NCBI RefSeq assembly: GCF_001194135.2
Contig: NC_068986.1
Span: forward strand, 294,394-358,393
From: Octopus bimaculoides
Lineage: Eukaryota
DNA length: 64,000 bases
Direction of reading: 5' to 3'
Positions 38,053 through 50,485 of the stretch are shown in pieces. Below the pieces are notes generated by a model that was not told the DNA's origin, searched no databases, and saw only the letters and a program-made list of their open reading frames with translations. A program made the position numbers and the translations under genes. Each line of letters begins with the position of its first letter. The stretch's first letter is position 1.

Positions 38053-38216
38053 AAAACTTATATTTACAGTCATCACTAGCTGTTTATAAAATTTGTTTTC
38101 TAAATTTGCAATATAATCCCCCTGGTTGATGTCATATACTTTCAAACTGAAAGATGACACATCTGTATTCGTGGGTTCAATCCTATGCATATCATTTATG
38201 GATATTGTTCCGTTGT
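38053..38216 (-). CDS. Candidate exon (phase 1-0) encoding an extracellular beta-sandwich-like segment
   Basis: Acceptor cattactgtttcag, donor ttt|gtaaga, 164 nt open: NGTISINDMHRIEPTNTDVSSFSLKVYDINQGDYIANLENKFYKQLVMTVNISF, with alternating beta-strand pattern and N-glycosylation sequons (NGT, NIS). Confidence 0.35.
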
Positions 38217-41200
38217 CTGAAACAGTAATGTTCATCACGAATTACCTTACTAGGTAATAGTTTACCATCTCCCCACTCTTTCCCTATATTATTTATTCTT
38301 TAAGTCTATGGCAATATGTCTTTATTATGGCAAAACAATATATCTAAATTTATTTTATACCTCTGTTGCTCTTTATCAAGAACTCGAAAGAAGTTTATAG
38401 TTATATGTCTATTCTCACATAATCCCCGCTGTACAGGATATAAACTGAACTGTCTGAGATTACGTGCGGTTTCTCATTGTCTATCTCTGTAACTTAATTA
38501 TCAATATAATCGTTTACTTCTTCTGATAATTTCCTTTCATCTCATCCTTGCTTTTACCATGACCAAATTTAACTGGACAACATATTTCTCCTCTGCAATC
38601 CTATCTTCTTGCAAAATGATTTATCGAAATCAACCGAATTGAGAACATCTGCCTTATTGAGAACATCTGTCTCAATTCTCTTACATTGTATTCAGAGATT
38701 TCAACAAGATATTCGACTTCTCATTACTTAACAGATCGAGTTCGAGTGCAAGCTAAATAAATCATCTTTAACAACATACTTTTATATCTCAGGAGCGCAT
38801 TTAGTCATTGATTACATTATTCGGATTGTTTCTTTAAAATGTGAACAGTGATTAAGGTTAATTAATGATTTAGTTCCGTTGGCACATGGTTGGCAGGCAA
38901 AATCTTCATCATTGATAATATTCATCGTATGATCAACCGAAATTTGTACTTAATATGATCTCGTAGTAGTTAATATGCAAATGGCTTATTCGGTTTCACA
39001 ACTAATGTCAGCTTTAATCTATTCTTTCTTGATAATAAACACCATTATCACTTTTAACTCGTTTAAAATTCTTTAACCCTTAATGACAGAATACTTCAAT
39101 AACGACTTTAAACGCAAAGATAGAAAACAATACACTCCCTTCGAGATACTGAAGATATTCTAACATGATAAAAAGATAATATTATCATGATCTACAGATA
39201 ATGCTATTTTAAATTATTTTAAGGCAAATCATTCCGTGTCGATTGGGTTTGGATTTTGCTAATTATAGAGTAGCATTAAAATAAAAGCCAATTGTATACG
39301 ATGTAATCAGAATCGTTAATTCTTCACATGGAATTTAAAGTTTATTAGCTTTTTTTAAAACTTCATAATAAATCAGTTTCTGTTGCTGGTCTAAGCGAGA
39401 TCATGATGTAGTTTTTAATTTATTGGTAGTTTTTAATTCATTGATCGAATTTATTTTACACATTATGCTGCTTATATCCTTGCAAAATGTATAAATGTAT
39501 ACATAAATAATATATTATTTATCTACACTTTGTTGCAATAATTCAAGCTAGGTCTCCTATTTAAGTATACATTCCACCCATTAGATTTGTATGTCTTCAA
39601 AATTGTCAGTGACGCTGCCTTTCATCCCGACTAAGTAGCAAAATTAAGATTGACCTATTACCATATTTAACACCACCAACTGGTACCTGTGAGAATTTAG
39701 CGAAGGGATTAATAGATATAGGAAAGTTAGCCAGAGAATATGAAAGAAATAAGCTAAAATTTTTCATTACATATAAACGAATCGAATCTTTTATAGTCGT
39801 CATACCAATAGAAACACAAACTTACTCAAATCCTACAAATAAGCGGAAATGAACACAGGTTTTACATAGAGTTCAAGCTAAAAAGGATATTATTTCTGTA
39901 TATGCATTATTAAAATTATGTTTTTTGCATTAATTTGCATACATAACGACAAAATCATTCAGAGTGAAATCAGAATTTTTCATTAATTAGTAACAGAACT
40001 GACAATAACTAAAATGTAGAATCGAAAAACTCGGGTCTAAATAAAGTTGTGCTAACGTCTCCAACAAGAACAAAACGGCATTAGTAATTGCTATATACGG
40101 CCTCAAGAGTCACTTGCACGAGCACAGCAGATGATTTCGTCATCAAAACCCCAGCAAACACCGAATCACTTTCAAAGAGTAATTGTAAATTAAAATAGAT
40201 TAGAGATCACCAAAATCTCATGGGTAGCATTAAATCTGGTCCAAACATTTAAAAATAGTCAAGAACGGCAGCATAGGCCTCCCTGAGACAATGAGTGCCA
40301 CCTTGACCCACTTTTAAATAAAAGGAGCCAGCTTGTTGAGACATGCCCAAATTCTCCATCTGAGCATTTTAACGAGGACGATTCTGATTTACTAAATGCG
40401 AGACCCGATGATTCATACAGCTTTTACAACATAGTGACGCTGTTCTTTATCTTTCCAATACATTGACGTGTTTAGTTGATCTCACAAAAGCATGGTTCAC
40501 GTGTTGATAATAACTGTTTATCATACACGTAATGACAGACGCATATACACTCACGAACACACACACATGTACATATACACAACAAAGCTTGGACATATAT
40601 ACATGTACATACACGCAACAAACCTAAAATAAAATTAAAGGAGTCATAGTGTTAAGCTAACTTTCAGAATCTTTATTGTGAAACTGTAAACAGATGTAAA
40701 TACGTCTTGTTATTCTCTGCAAACACAGAAAAGAAAAGAAATTGTTCTGACATATTTCATGATATGCTGACTACATATCACCAGAGGTGTATTCTACGAT
40801 AGTTACCCTGTAAGTGCATATGTACTCCGTTATCTTTTTGTTTATGAAGAGAACTTCTAACAATCGCTATCTAAGTGAACACAAGCCACCAGTTAGTTCT
40901 CTTGGCTTGACTAATTTGCGTTCGTAGTCAATGAGATTAAATAATTAATAAATATCTATGAACAACGCATCGTATATCAGAGACTCAAGATAAGATTTGT
41001 ATTAGTTAAACTAAAGCTTTTAAAGCTATCGCTGGAAAACTTTAAATAAATGTAAATACATCTTGTTTTTCTCTTCGCACAAACAAAAACTGAAAGCAAT
41101 TGTTCCGATATATCTCTCACGCACGCACGCGCACACACACACACACACGCACGCACGCACGCACACGCACACACACACACACACACACACGTACTACGTG

Positions 41201-41659
41201 TAAAAGAGCAGAAGAAAGAGCGAAATGAAAAGGTACATACATATATGAATACACAAGGGGGCGAAAATGCCACGCAGCATTAGAGAATCGTTAAAGAATG
41301 TAGTTCCCAGTTCACTCTTTTCCTTAAAATATATGTTGACCTTTAGTCATAAAGATATCTTAGCCGCATTCCAAAAATGATCACCCACCTGATTACCGTG
41401 AAGTCGTTGAACATTTTTCAACCTCTTATCCAAAGACATAAACCTCTTCTACCTCTACTACAGTGGAATCACCTGCTATGCTCTGGTCAAGTACTCTCAC
41501 ATGTATATTTTGCCCTCTCATCATGCATATTGTTAGCGTCCTCGAGGCTACCCTCTACCACCTTTTTCTCATCTTTTATTCCAAGAACGCGACCGCTGTG
41601 TATTTTCCTTTGTGTGCACATTTCAGCTATCAACTTGCATCTTATAAAGAGGAACATCA

Positions 41660-41752
41660 AATGCGTCGATGTAAGCGGTCTTAAATGGCTTGCGAAGAAC
41701 ATCGGCATGGCCGCAGTCAAATGACTGAAATAAGTAAAAGAATAAAAGAATA
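41660..41752 (+). mobile_element. SINE family B 3' terminus
   Basis: ggcatggccgcagtcaaatgactgaaataagtaaaagaataaaagaa. Confidence 0.8.
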
Positions 41753-42590
41753 TAAGCATAGAGCTTATATTACAAAAAAATATATTACCTCACCTTTCTG
41801 GCTTTCTCAGTTACCTTTAACTGAGTTACTCATTGTTATTAAGTACGCATTATATAAATTACTCCTTATCTTGAGAAATTTCAATTCGACAAGTACATCT
41901 GATGTCTAACACTGATAATAATAACATTACTATCAAATATTTGAATTATCAAAGATGTTGTAAGTATTCTGTTATTTGATCTTAATAAGATCCATTCTGC
42001 TGATATCAAAACAAGAAAAGACTAATATGCTGTTCGTTGCAAGCTTAAATCATTTCACAGCAAAACAGCATTTGCAACAGGTATCGTTCTTGTCCAAAAA
42101 TTGTTTGTTACAGAAAGTAATTGTTATTTCAAATTTTCTAATGATAATTAATTTTAAAAGACATGCAAAACGAGTTGCAAGTTGCTACAGAAGAGAGAGC
42201 TAAAAAATTGCATTGCAAATTAGCTACCGACATTATCTCTATCATTCACTACTCTATGTAAAACCTCTCCGACAGAAATAGCTGTATAAAGTATGCAGAT
42301 CAAAAATAATTTACATTTACGGTTTGAGGAGAATTATTCAAGATCCTATAGACTTTTTATATTCAAAGTTATAAGGATAACACTAGAGACAATAGGAAAA
42401 TAGGGTGCATATAGCTTCTGTCACATTTAAGAATATATACGAGGTACCTACAGGTAGTTCATTCATTAATATCATAAACCAAGATATAACATCCAGAACT
42501 CAATTTCAAGAACTTGTACTTCAGAATCAAATATTAAGGTGCCCTTTCTAGATGATGAACGAATTCACCACACATGAACTGTTATAAGAA

Positions 42591-42650
42591 GTAGTGGTTA
42601 TTACATCTACTCTACACACAGAAGGTTGTGAGTTCGACCCTCACCAGTCC
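42591..42650 (+). pseudogene. Decayed tRNA-Val(TAC)-like sequence
   Basis: gtagtggttattacatctactctacacacagaaggttgtgagttcgaccctcac follows the metazoan tRNA-Val(TAC) D-arm, anticodon (TAC at 42613-42615) and T-arm pattern, but the acceptor stem is missing and the anticodon stem is mismatched. Confidence 0.65.
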
Positions 42651-42692
42651 CTTTGACTTTAATCACTTTAGACTTGACTTTAACCATTTTAG

Positions 42693-42854
42693 GCGCATGC
42701 TTGGCTGTGTGGTAAGAATCTTGCTTCCCAACCAAAGGGTTCAGAGTTCAGTCCCACTACGTGGCATCTTGGCCAAGTGTCATCTACTGTAGCCTCGGGC
42801 CGACCAAAGCCTTGTGAGTGGATTTGGTAGACGGAAACTGAAAGAAGCCTGTCG

Positions 42855-42887
<33 letters not shown>

Positions 42888-42915
42888 TTGTGTTTGTGTT
42901 TGTCTCCTCGCCATC
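42693..42915 (+). mobile_element. SINE family B 5' half plus internal microsatellite
   Basis: Same head/core as 36755; truncated shortly after the (TA)(TG) run. Confidence 0.88.
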
Positions 42916-43122
42916 GGGAGACTCCATCCAGCCCACAACTATCTAGTTTGGACAGTTAGGATTGCAAACAGCTTACATAAATCAGCAACAGCTTAAGTCT
43001 TCATCTTGTAGTGGATCGAAAGCAGTGTTGAATTTATAAATATGTATGTATGTATGTATGTATATTGGTTTACACATGCGTGCAAACGCACATGGATGTA
43101 TACACGCAGATACACATACATG

Positions 43123-43167
<45 letters not shown>

Positions 43168-44559
43168 ATATATATATAGAGAGAGGAGGGATGGGGGAGA
43201 GATGGATGCATTGCTCCTTTTAGAAGAAAATAATCTGTGTTCGGTATCTGATGATGTAATTTAAAATGGATTTAAAGCGAGAATAACTGCTAAATTCGTA
43301 TATATTATTTTTATCACACTATAGAGAATCACTTCGAGGATTTATTTTTACATTCTTATTTTCAAATACTGTATACTGTGTATTTTATGCTACAATGTTA
43401 ATGTTTGTTACAGCATATGACAAATTAGAAAAATAAATAGTGTAAATATGTCAATGTAAACTAAGAATAAAAGAAACGCAGTTAAGGCAGTATTGAGCTG
43501 AAATAGTAAAATAACTTTTACATCGTCAAACAACTCCCAAGAAACAGTTGAAAAAGCAATAGAAATACCAACTCTTAAGAAATCTAAAACTCTCTTCAGT
43601 AATCTAAGACATTAAGAAGAAATCGAAGGCGATTAAAAGATAAAAGAAAACCTGAATACGTTCTGTTTCTCTGGTAGGAAACATAATACTAATACCTCCT
43701 TATTCGGAGAGAATTCGCAAATGTAGTGTCAAGGAAAAGTTGAAGAACCAGTAGAGACAATCACTTGATATCTTCAATGAGTTTGTTGTCTTCTTTGAAT
43801 TTCTTAAATTTTCCCCATTCTGTGTTATAATATCTGAAATATCTTCATTTGTATTAAATCTATGTTACCAACAGCTGGAAGAACCATTGCTGACATCCTG
43901 TCTGCACAAATATTAAGCACAACTACGTCGACATTTTCAGGAAATTTAAATTGCGCTAAAATGTTAATGCTAGAAATGAAAACTTCTGGCAAGGTTGGTT
44001 TCTTTGGATATATCATCTTTATTGCGTTCATAGTTACAAGTCACTAGTACGCCAGTTACTTTTTACTAAGAATCTATCTAAGACTATTTTTGGTAAACAG
44101 AACTCAAAACAATAATGTAGACACAAGCTAATCCCGAGTTATCGCTTATCTCTTACAAATAGTTTTCCAATGACCCAAAATTGAATCTGCATACATGGGT
44201 TTGCATTGGGGATATAAACAACTTATTTGCTTTTGACTCTAAACTCTGAAACATGTTGCAATAAGGCTGGTTGGACCAAATAACGTTCAAAAGTACAAAA
44301 TAATAGAAATCCTATTTCGTTTCAAAGTAAAACCTAATACAAGTAGTCATCTTCAGTTCTTTCAAGCCTACTTGTCACGACTTTTCGCAGCCTTTGAAAT
44401 TTATGGGGATTCGTTGACAAATGTACGGACTGGAAGCTCCACGGAAATACACAGATTGACGTTGCAAGCAAAATATACCCTTGTTTTCTAAGAACATTTA
44501 ACTAAAGAGACACGGAGGCCTTAATATTTCAAATCAATATTTTGCACCTTGGGCAAAAG

Positions 44560-44735
44560 GCTTTTCGGCATTTCATCCGTCTTTACGCTCTGAGTTCAAA
44601 TTCCGCCAAGGTTGATTTTGCCTTTTATCTCATCAGGGTCGATAAAGTAAAGTACAAGTTGTGCATTGGAGTTGATGTAATCAGTTTACCCCTCCCCGAA
44701 ATTTCTGGCCAGGTGCCAAAAATTGAAACCAATAT
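44560..44735 (+). mobile_element. SINE family A copy
   Basis: ggcatttcatccgtctttacgctctgagttcaaattccgccaaggttgattttgcc...ggccaggtgccaaaaattgaaacc. Confidence 0.85.
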
Positions 44736-45551
44736 TTTGTCATATTCATTTGAAGCCTTACCTTTTCCTATGGTCATCCTAGACCAAAGACTATATTTAG
44801 TCTCTGGACTTCAATCATGAGAAATATACAGCTTTGGGGTGTTCAATTGTCTGGAGCCCCTCAATACTACCAATATTTCTTCTCTTCAAACAAGAGTCGA
44901 ATGCTTCACTTTTGTCATTAGGCTAACTTAGCATCAGCCCTATAACAGAGACATCAGTATATTTCAAGTACAATATATTCGCCTGTCTTCCAAATCCTAC
45001 CCACTGTACACAGATACTGTACTCCACACTTGGATACCTATATGCCCTGGCTTTTTCCAACCAATTCATCAAATGTTAACAGAAATAAAAGGACCTAATG
45101 CAATTTCAAACTAGTCTTAGAAGAGACTAACAACTTTTTGATGCTACTAGCCTCCACCGGCTTGAATCGCCTGCATGAAATAACAAATATATCCTCTTGA
45201 AATTTCATCCGACTTTAAAAAAAACGCGCTGAACAATGTAGTCATAGATCACATTACGAAATGGTCATAAGTGGAATACTTTTCATCATGGGTATCGAGG
45301 ACTGGTCGGAGCTAAATAACAACAGCAAAAACACTGTTACAGATAAAATTCATCCAGCTCATTGAGCCTCCTACCATAAATTTCAGCAACAAAAACATTT
45401 AGTTGTTCCATGTTTTCTGCCGCCAACTGTCTCTCTCTCTCTCTCTCTCTCTCTCTNNNNNNNNNNNNNNNNNNNNNNNNNNNNNNNNNNNNNNNNNNNN
45501 NNNNNNNNNNNNNNNNNNNNNNNNNNNNNNNNNNNNNNNNNNNNNNNNNNN

Positions 45552-45586
<35 letters not shown>

Positions 45587-45834
45587 GTTTCTATCATGGC
45601 TCAATTTGTTGGATAGAGATGAGCTCAGCGCAATAAGCTAGCTTTTTCAAATTATTACTGCAAGACAATCTTTCTAACACTCTACCGACTCTGCTAATTG
45701 GTAGCTTTAGTCTAATCACTTATCGACCGATCAATAACTAATAGGAAGAGATAAGGCTCAATACAACGCTTTATAAATCACATGAGGTCGCGGCAAAGCG
45801 TTCGAATAGTTTGGTTTCAATGCGTACGATTGTG

Positions 45835-46760
45835 AACGCGGCGAGCTGGCAGAGTGGTTAGCGCGCCGGGCGAAATGCTTAGCGGTATTATGTCTGTCTT
45901 TACGTTCTGAGTTCTTGTTCTGCCGAAGTCAACTTTGCTTTTCATCCTTTCGGGATCGATAAATTAAGTACCAGTGGAGTACGTGGGCTCGATCTAATCG
46001 ACTGGCCCTCTTCCCCCAAAATTTTGAGCCTTGTGCCTAGAGTAGAAAAGCATGTATACGATTGCGAAGACAGCGAACTGACGAAATCGTTGGCACGCCG
46101 AGTAAAGTGATTAATGGTATTTCGTCCGTCTTTACATTCTGAGTTCATATTTTATCGAGATCGATATTGCCTTTCATCTTTTCGGGATCGATAAAATAAG
46201 TACCAGTTGAATACTGGAGTCGATGGAATCAACTTATCCCCTCTCCCGAAATTGTTGACTTGCGTCAAACTTTGAAATCAATATATGCCATTTCGTAAAA
46301 TACTTCATTTCATTTAGGAATCTCGCTGATAAATTTGGTAACAAATCCTTTCTACTATAGGCACAAGGGCCTGAAATTTTAGGGGAAGGGACTAGTCGAT
46401 TACATCAACCCCAGTGTTCCACTGATACTTGATTCATCGACTCCGAAAAGATGAAAGGCAAAATCGACCGCGGCGCAATTTGAACTCAGGACGTAGCAGT
46501 CCAACGTGCTAACGATTCTGTCAGCTCACCGCTCCAATTTGGTAACAAATATTTCAGTTTTCTGGGTTTTCATTATTTATATCAGACAATGCTCAGCAGC
46601 ATTCTTCCAGCATTCTTCACTTTCTGAGTTCAAATTCCGCCTAAGTCAACTTTGTCTTTCGTCCTTTTAGAGTTGCTAAAATAAAGTACCACTCAAGTAT
46701 CGGGATCGTTGTAACCCTCTCTTTAAAACTAGTCTTTGTGCCAAAGCTAGAAAGAATTAT
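45835..46760. mobile_element. Cluster of four SINE family A copies
   Basis: About 45835-46030 (+), 46070-46285 (+), 46347-46535 (-, 15-bp TSD) and 46600-46760 (+). Confidence 0.88.
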
Positions 46761-48194
46761 TTATATCATTTGAGTATTTGTACGATGTAATTTTGCTCTT
46801 AGTTCATCTTTTACATGTGTCTGTATATGTTTCTTTGTTAAAAGTTATAAGAGAAAGCGTGTAATAAAAGAGACTGGGAAGGAATGAAGACGGAAGAGAA
46901 GGAAAGACGGAACGGCAAATGGAAAACGTGAGAGAAGAGCGAGAATCTTCCATTATGTTTCTGTAAGAAAATAGATATATCCATTTGTGTGCGTATACTA
47001 TTACATGCTACATGCTATTAGTGCTTATGATTAAATATCCAAGAGTGTATATGCTTTAGATGTGAATGTACCTCTCGGCTTCAATGCAAAATTTCTCAGA
47101 ATTGTATAATTGTATGTGTGATTTTGAGTGCATATTTGCACATGTGTGAAGGTAGTTATGTGAATAGCTGAATGCCTATGTGTACATATGTACCTGTCAC
47201 ATAGCAACACAATGTTTTATTTCCTCTGTTTATATCTTTGTAAGCATAATCTTTAGAACTTTATCTGATAGAATGTGCAAACTGAGAACTTTTGATCCAA
47301 CAGAGATCAACCAATAAGACATGTATTGCCTTAATAATTTTCTTTATCCTGTAATTTCTGTATTGTGACCTGCAGCTGAATAAATCATTTAAAATAATTC
47401 GATTAAGGGCGTAAATAGGATTTTGTTTACCTCTTGATGGAAATGATTATATGAGTTGTAAAACACTTTGCTACAAATTGCCGTTCTCGTCCTTCGGCAT
47501 TTTCTAATATCTTTCGCATCAAGTCGTCTAGATTTCTTTAACATCAAAGCTAATACCGAATTTTTCTCTATACACTTCGATAAAATTTCTTACCAAGTGC
47601 ATTGACTTTCCTTCTATAAGAATTAACTGATTTGTACATTCTGCACTTCTTTAGTTTGTTTAGACCAACACGGTTAAGACCATTCTGGGGCTGTGTGTTA
47701 TCTTGCTGTTGAATATTTCTTGAGGTTTGTAAAGTTTAACTAACTTAAAACTTAATTATAAAAATTTGTCGGAATTACTTTTTTTAAAATTTACTTCTCA
47801 CAAACAAAATGTAATCAGTGTCAAGTTTCTTCTGGCTGATTTTGTGTCTGACGTCGAAGTAAATAAGAGTAATATAACTCCTGACATGGGTGAAAGTCCA
47901 GACATTTAGGTAAGAGAGGTGAGTTGGCTATATCGATCCCAGTACATGTCGGCTGCTTTATTTCGTCATCTCCGAAAGAATGGAAATAATGATTATTTCA
48001 GCGGGATTTGAAATCATATCATAAAAAAGCAGAATAATTTTATTTTGCGATCCACAACTGAGGACTAAAATCTAGGATCTATTGATTATGAAGCGAGCTT
48101 ATTAACTACTGCTCTTGACTCACATTGTTTTTATTAAACATACAAACAAACAAATAATAATAATAATGATGATGATGATGATGATGATGATAAT

Positions 48195-48395
48195 TCAGAC
48201 AAATACATAACAAAAATACCAGGACTTACAAATATATATAACATACAGAAAATTGCACTACTGGGTACTGCACACATTCTACGCAGAACACTTTCAATAC
48301 AGTAAACATAAGAGCACCACAGCACATACCCAAGGCGCACAGAGCTGCGCTCGGTAGTGAAGTGAAAGTACGTTATAAAAATAAAACTACTGAAT
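48195..48395 (+). mobile_element. R4/Dong-like (RLE-clade) LINE 3' end embedded in (AAT)n/(GAT)n
   Basis: SDKYITKIPGLTNIYNIQKIALLGTAHILRRTLSIQ* (stop 48303-48305), then 3' UTR and (AAT)n tail. Confidence 0.75.
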
Positions 48396-48469
48396 AATAA
48401 TAATAATGCTGATAATAATAATAATAATATGGAAAGGAGAGTTCGGGAAGAACAACTACAACTTAACAC

Positions 48470-48640
48470 TCTCTCTCTCATATTTCCTCTCTCTTTCTCT
48501 CCACCTCTCACTCCCTTTCTATATCTCTCTCTTCTATCTCTCTCTTCTATCTCTCTCTCTCTCTCTCGTCTTTCTCTCTCTCTCTCTCGTCTTTCTCTCT
48601 CTCTCTCTCTCTCTCTCCCTCTCTCTCCCTCTCTCTGTCT
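48470..48640. repeat. Interrupted (TC)n microsatellite
   Basis: Directly visible; similar tracts at 50040-50160 and 53362-53438. Confidence 0.92.
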
Positions 48641-49059
48641 TTTCCACTTTGATGAAGTACAAAAGGGAAGACTGTTGAATACTTAACTATTCATATCAGT
48701 TGAAATCATTATGTCCCTAAATTCTCTTATAATTACAGCTGACGACGTATCCTCATCGTAACCCGTTTCCTTAGATTCTGAAAATTACTGTTAGTACTTT
48801 AGTTGAATAGAGCCAATTTCTTGGCTCTGGACCAAAACTAAGAGTAATCAAATATAAAGAGATATAGGTGAGCGTGGAACAGAGGAAACGTTTTTTTACT
48901 AGACGTATGTAAGATCCGATGACGAATTCCTCTTGTAATCCTTTAACTTCAATTTCCAAATAAATATAAACAAAATGAAAACTTTATACAATGTTCCTCT
49001 CTTTCCAACAAAATTGAAGTCGTGTGACAAATAAAAGAAAATTATTATTACCGATTATT

Positions 49060-49720
49060 TGACAGTGAGCAGGTGCGGTCGCCCTTCGTCCTCAGACGCA
49101 CTTTTCCTCAAATCGTCTTCTTAACAGAAGTGCAACCCTGGGTCAAGCGAAGACCGAGGGAGGGCGAGTGACACCTTCAGTGCCGACAAGCCCTCTTGGT
49201 TCTCTACCAGTCGAGCAATGGGGTCGGTGAAAATTCTACCTTGGTGTTCTATAGGGGGTTAGTGGAGGATAGGTGTGACGACGTCTTTGGGGAGGCTCGG
49301 GCTTCAATCAGGAACAACTGGCCGATCTTTTCCAGAGGACTTTCAGAAATCCCTGGCCTGGTAATGCTACCGGAGAACGTTGCTGGTTCGTGATAAACTC
49401 CACAGGCACGGAAATGCCGTCAGTCGGAGCTGCCCGAGATGTGCGCGGAGCGATGAACCCGTTCTGCACGTAGTCATCGAGTGTCTCAGAATTTCTCACA
49501 TGTGGGTTTATGTCGAGCACCTGCTGTCGCGTGTGGCACAGATCAGCTAGCAACTGAGTCTACTGTTAAGATTGTTCCGCCTTCTTCCTTTGGTTGAGAA
49601 GGCCGGGCAGTTTTCAACTGCCTGGTGGCCATAGCAACAGAGGTTGTGTGGTAGACAAGACTGAAAGGGTTGAAGACAGGCACTTTCCTCTCAGGCGAAT
49701 TTCTGATCAACTTTTCCAGA
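49060..49720 (+). mobile_element. L1/Tx1-clade LINE 3' fragment
   Basis: QSSNGVGENSTLVFYRGLVEDRCDD and LLVRDKLHRHGNAVSRSCPRCARSDEPVLHVVIECLRISHMWVYVEHLLS (CCHC), then KTGTFLSGEFLINF; homologous to 26060-26880. Confidence 0.85.
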
Positions 49721-50379
49721 TTCCACTACAACATTGCAGAGAAACAAACATTATTGATATATTTTAAGTACTATGGAAAAAGGTATCTTCAACAACAGTA
49801 TGCCATCATTCTTTTCCGTTGCTTATCACTCTTTTCTGTTACTGGTCGGGTCCTGACCATGGAGTTGCTTCAGTGATGTATCAGCAGCATAACCAAGTCA
49901 CAATATAGATTAACAAAAGATTAACAAGATCCTCAGTTTGCTAGCTTTAGAAAAATACCAGAAACAACAAAATATATACACAAACTCATTCACTTATGCA
50001 GATATAACGCACACACACATGGATTTTTATCTATCCATTACCTTTCTCTCTTTCTCTCTCTGTCTCTCTGTCTTTCTGTCTGTCTCTCTCTCTTGATAGG
50101 TAAATAGATAGATAGATAGATAGATAGATAGATTAACAGCCGTGTAGGTAGGTAGGTAGATAGGTCGATAAATTGAGGGAAGGATATATTCACCCGTTGA
50201 TTTCCATGTACGAGTATCCTGTTGTTCTGTGAACTGGATGCTATACTCGTTAAATTTTTTTTCAAAGTGGCTGAGTATTCCTAGATATCTGTACGATTAA
50301 CTTAATTCTTAAGTAGAATCATCTAGAAGTTTGAATTATAGGTACAGTCTACTCAGCAGGATTTTGGACAGTTTCTGTC

Positions 50380-50485
50380 TACCGAAATACACTCATAAGG
50401 TTTGAGTCGCCGGTGAAAACATCTCACACATGTCACGCAGCGAGACTGAACCCATGACATCATGGCAAGGAAGCAAACTTCTTAT
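50380..50485 (-). mobile_element. SINE family B head fragment
   Basis: gtcacgcagcgagactgaacccatgacatcatggcaaggaagcaaacttctt is the reverse complement of a decayed B head. Confidence 0.6.
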
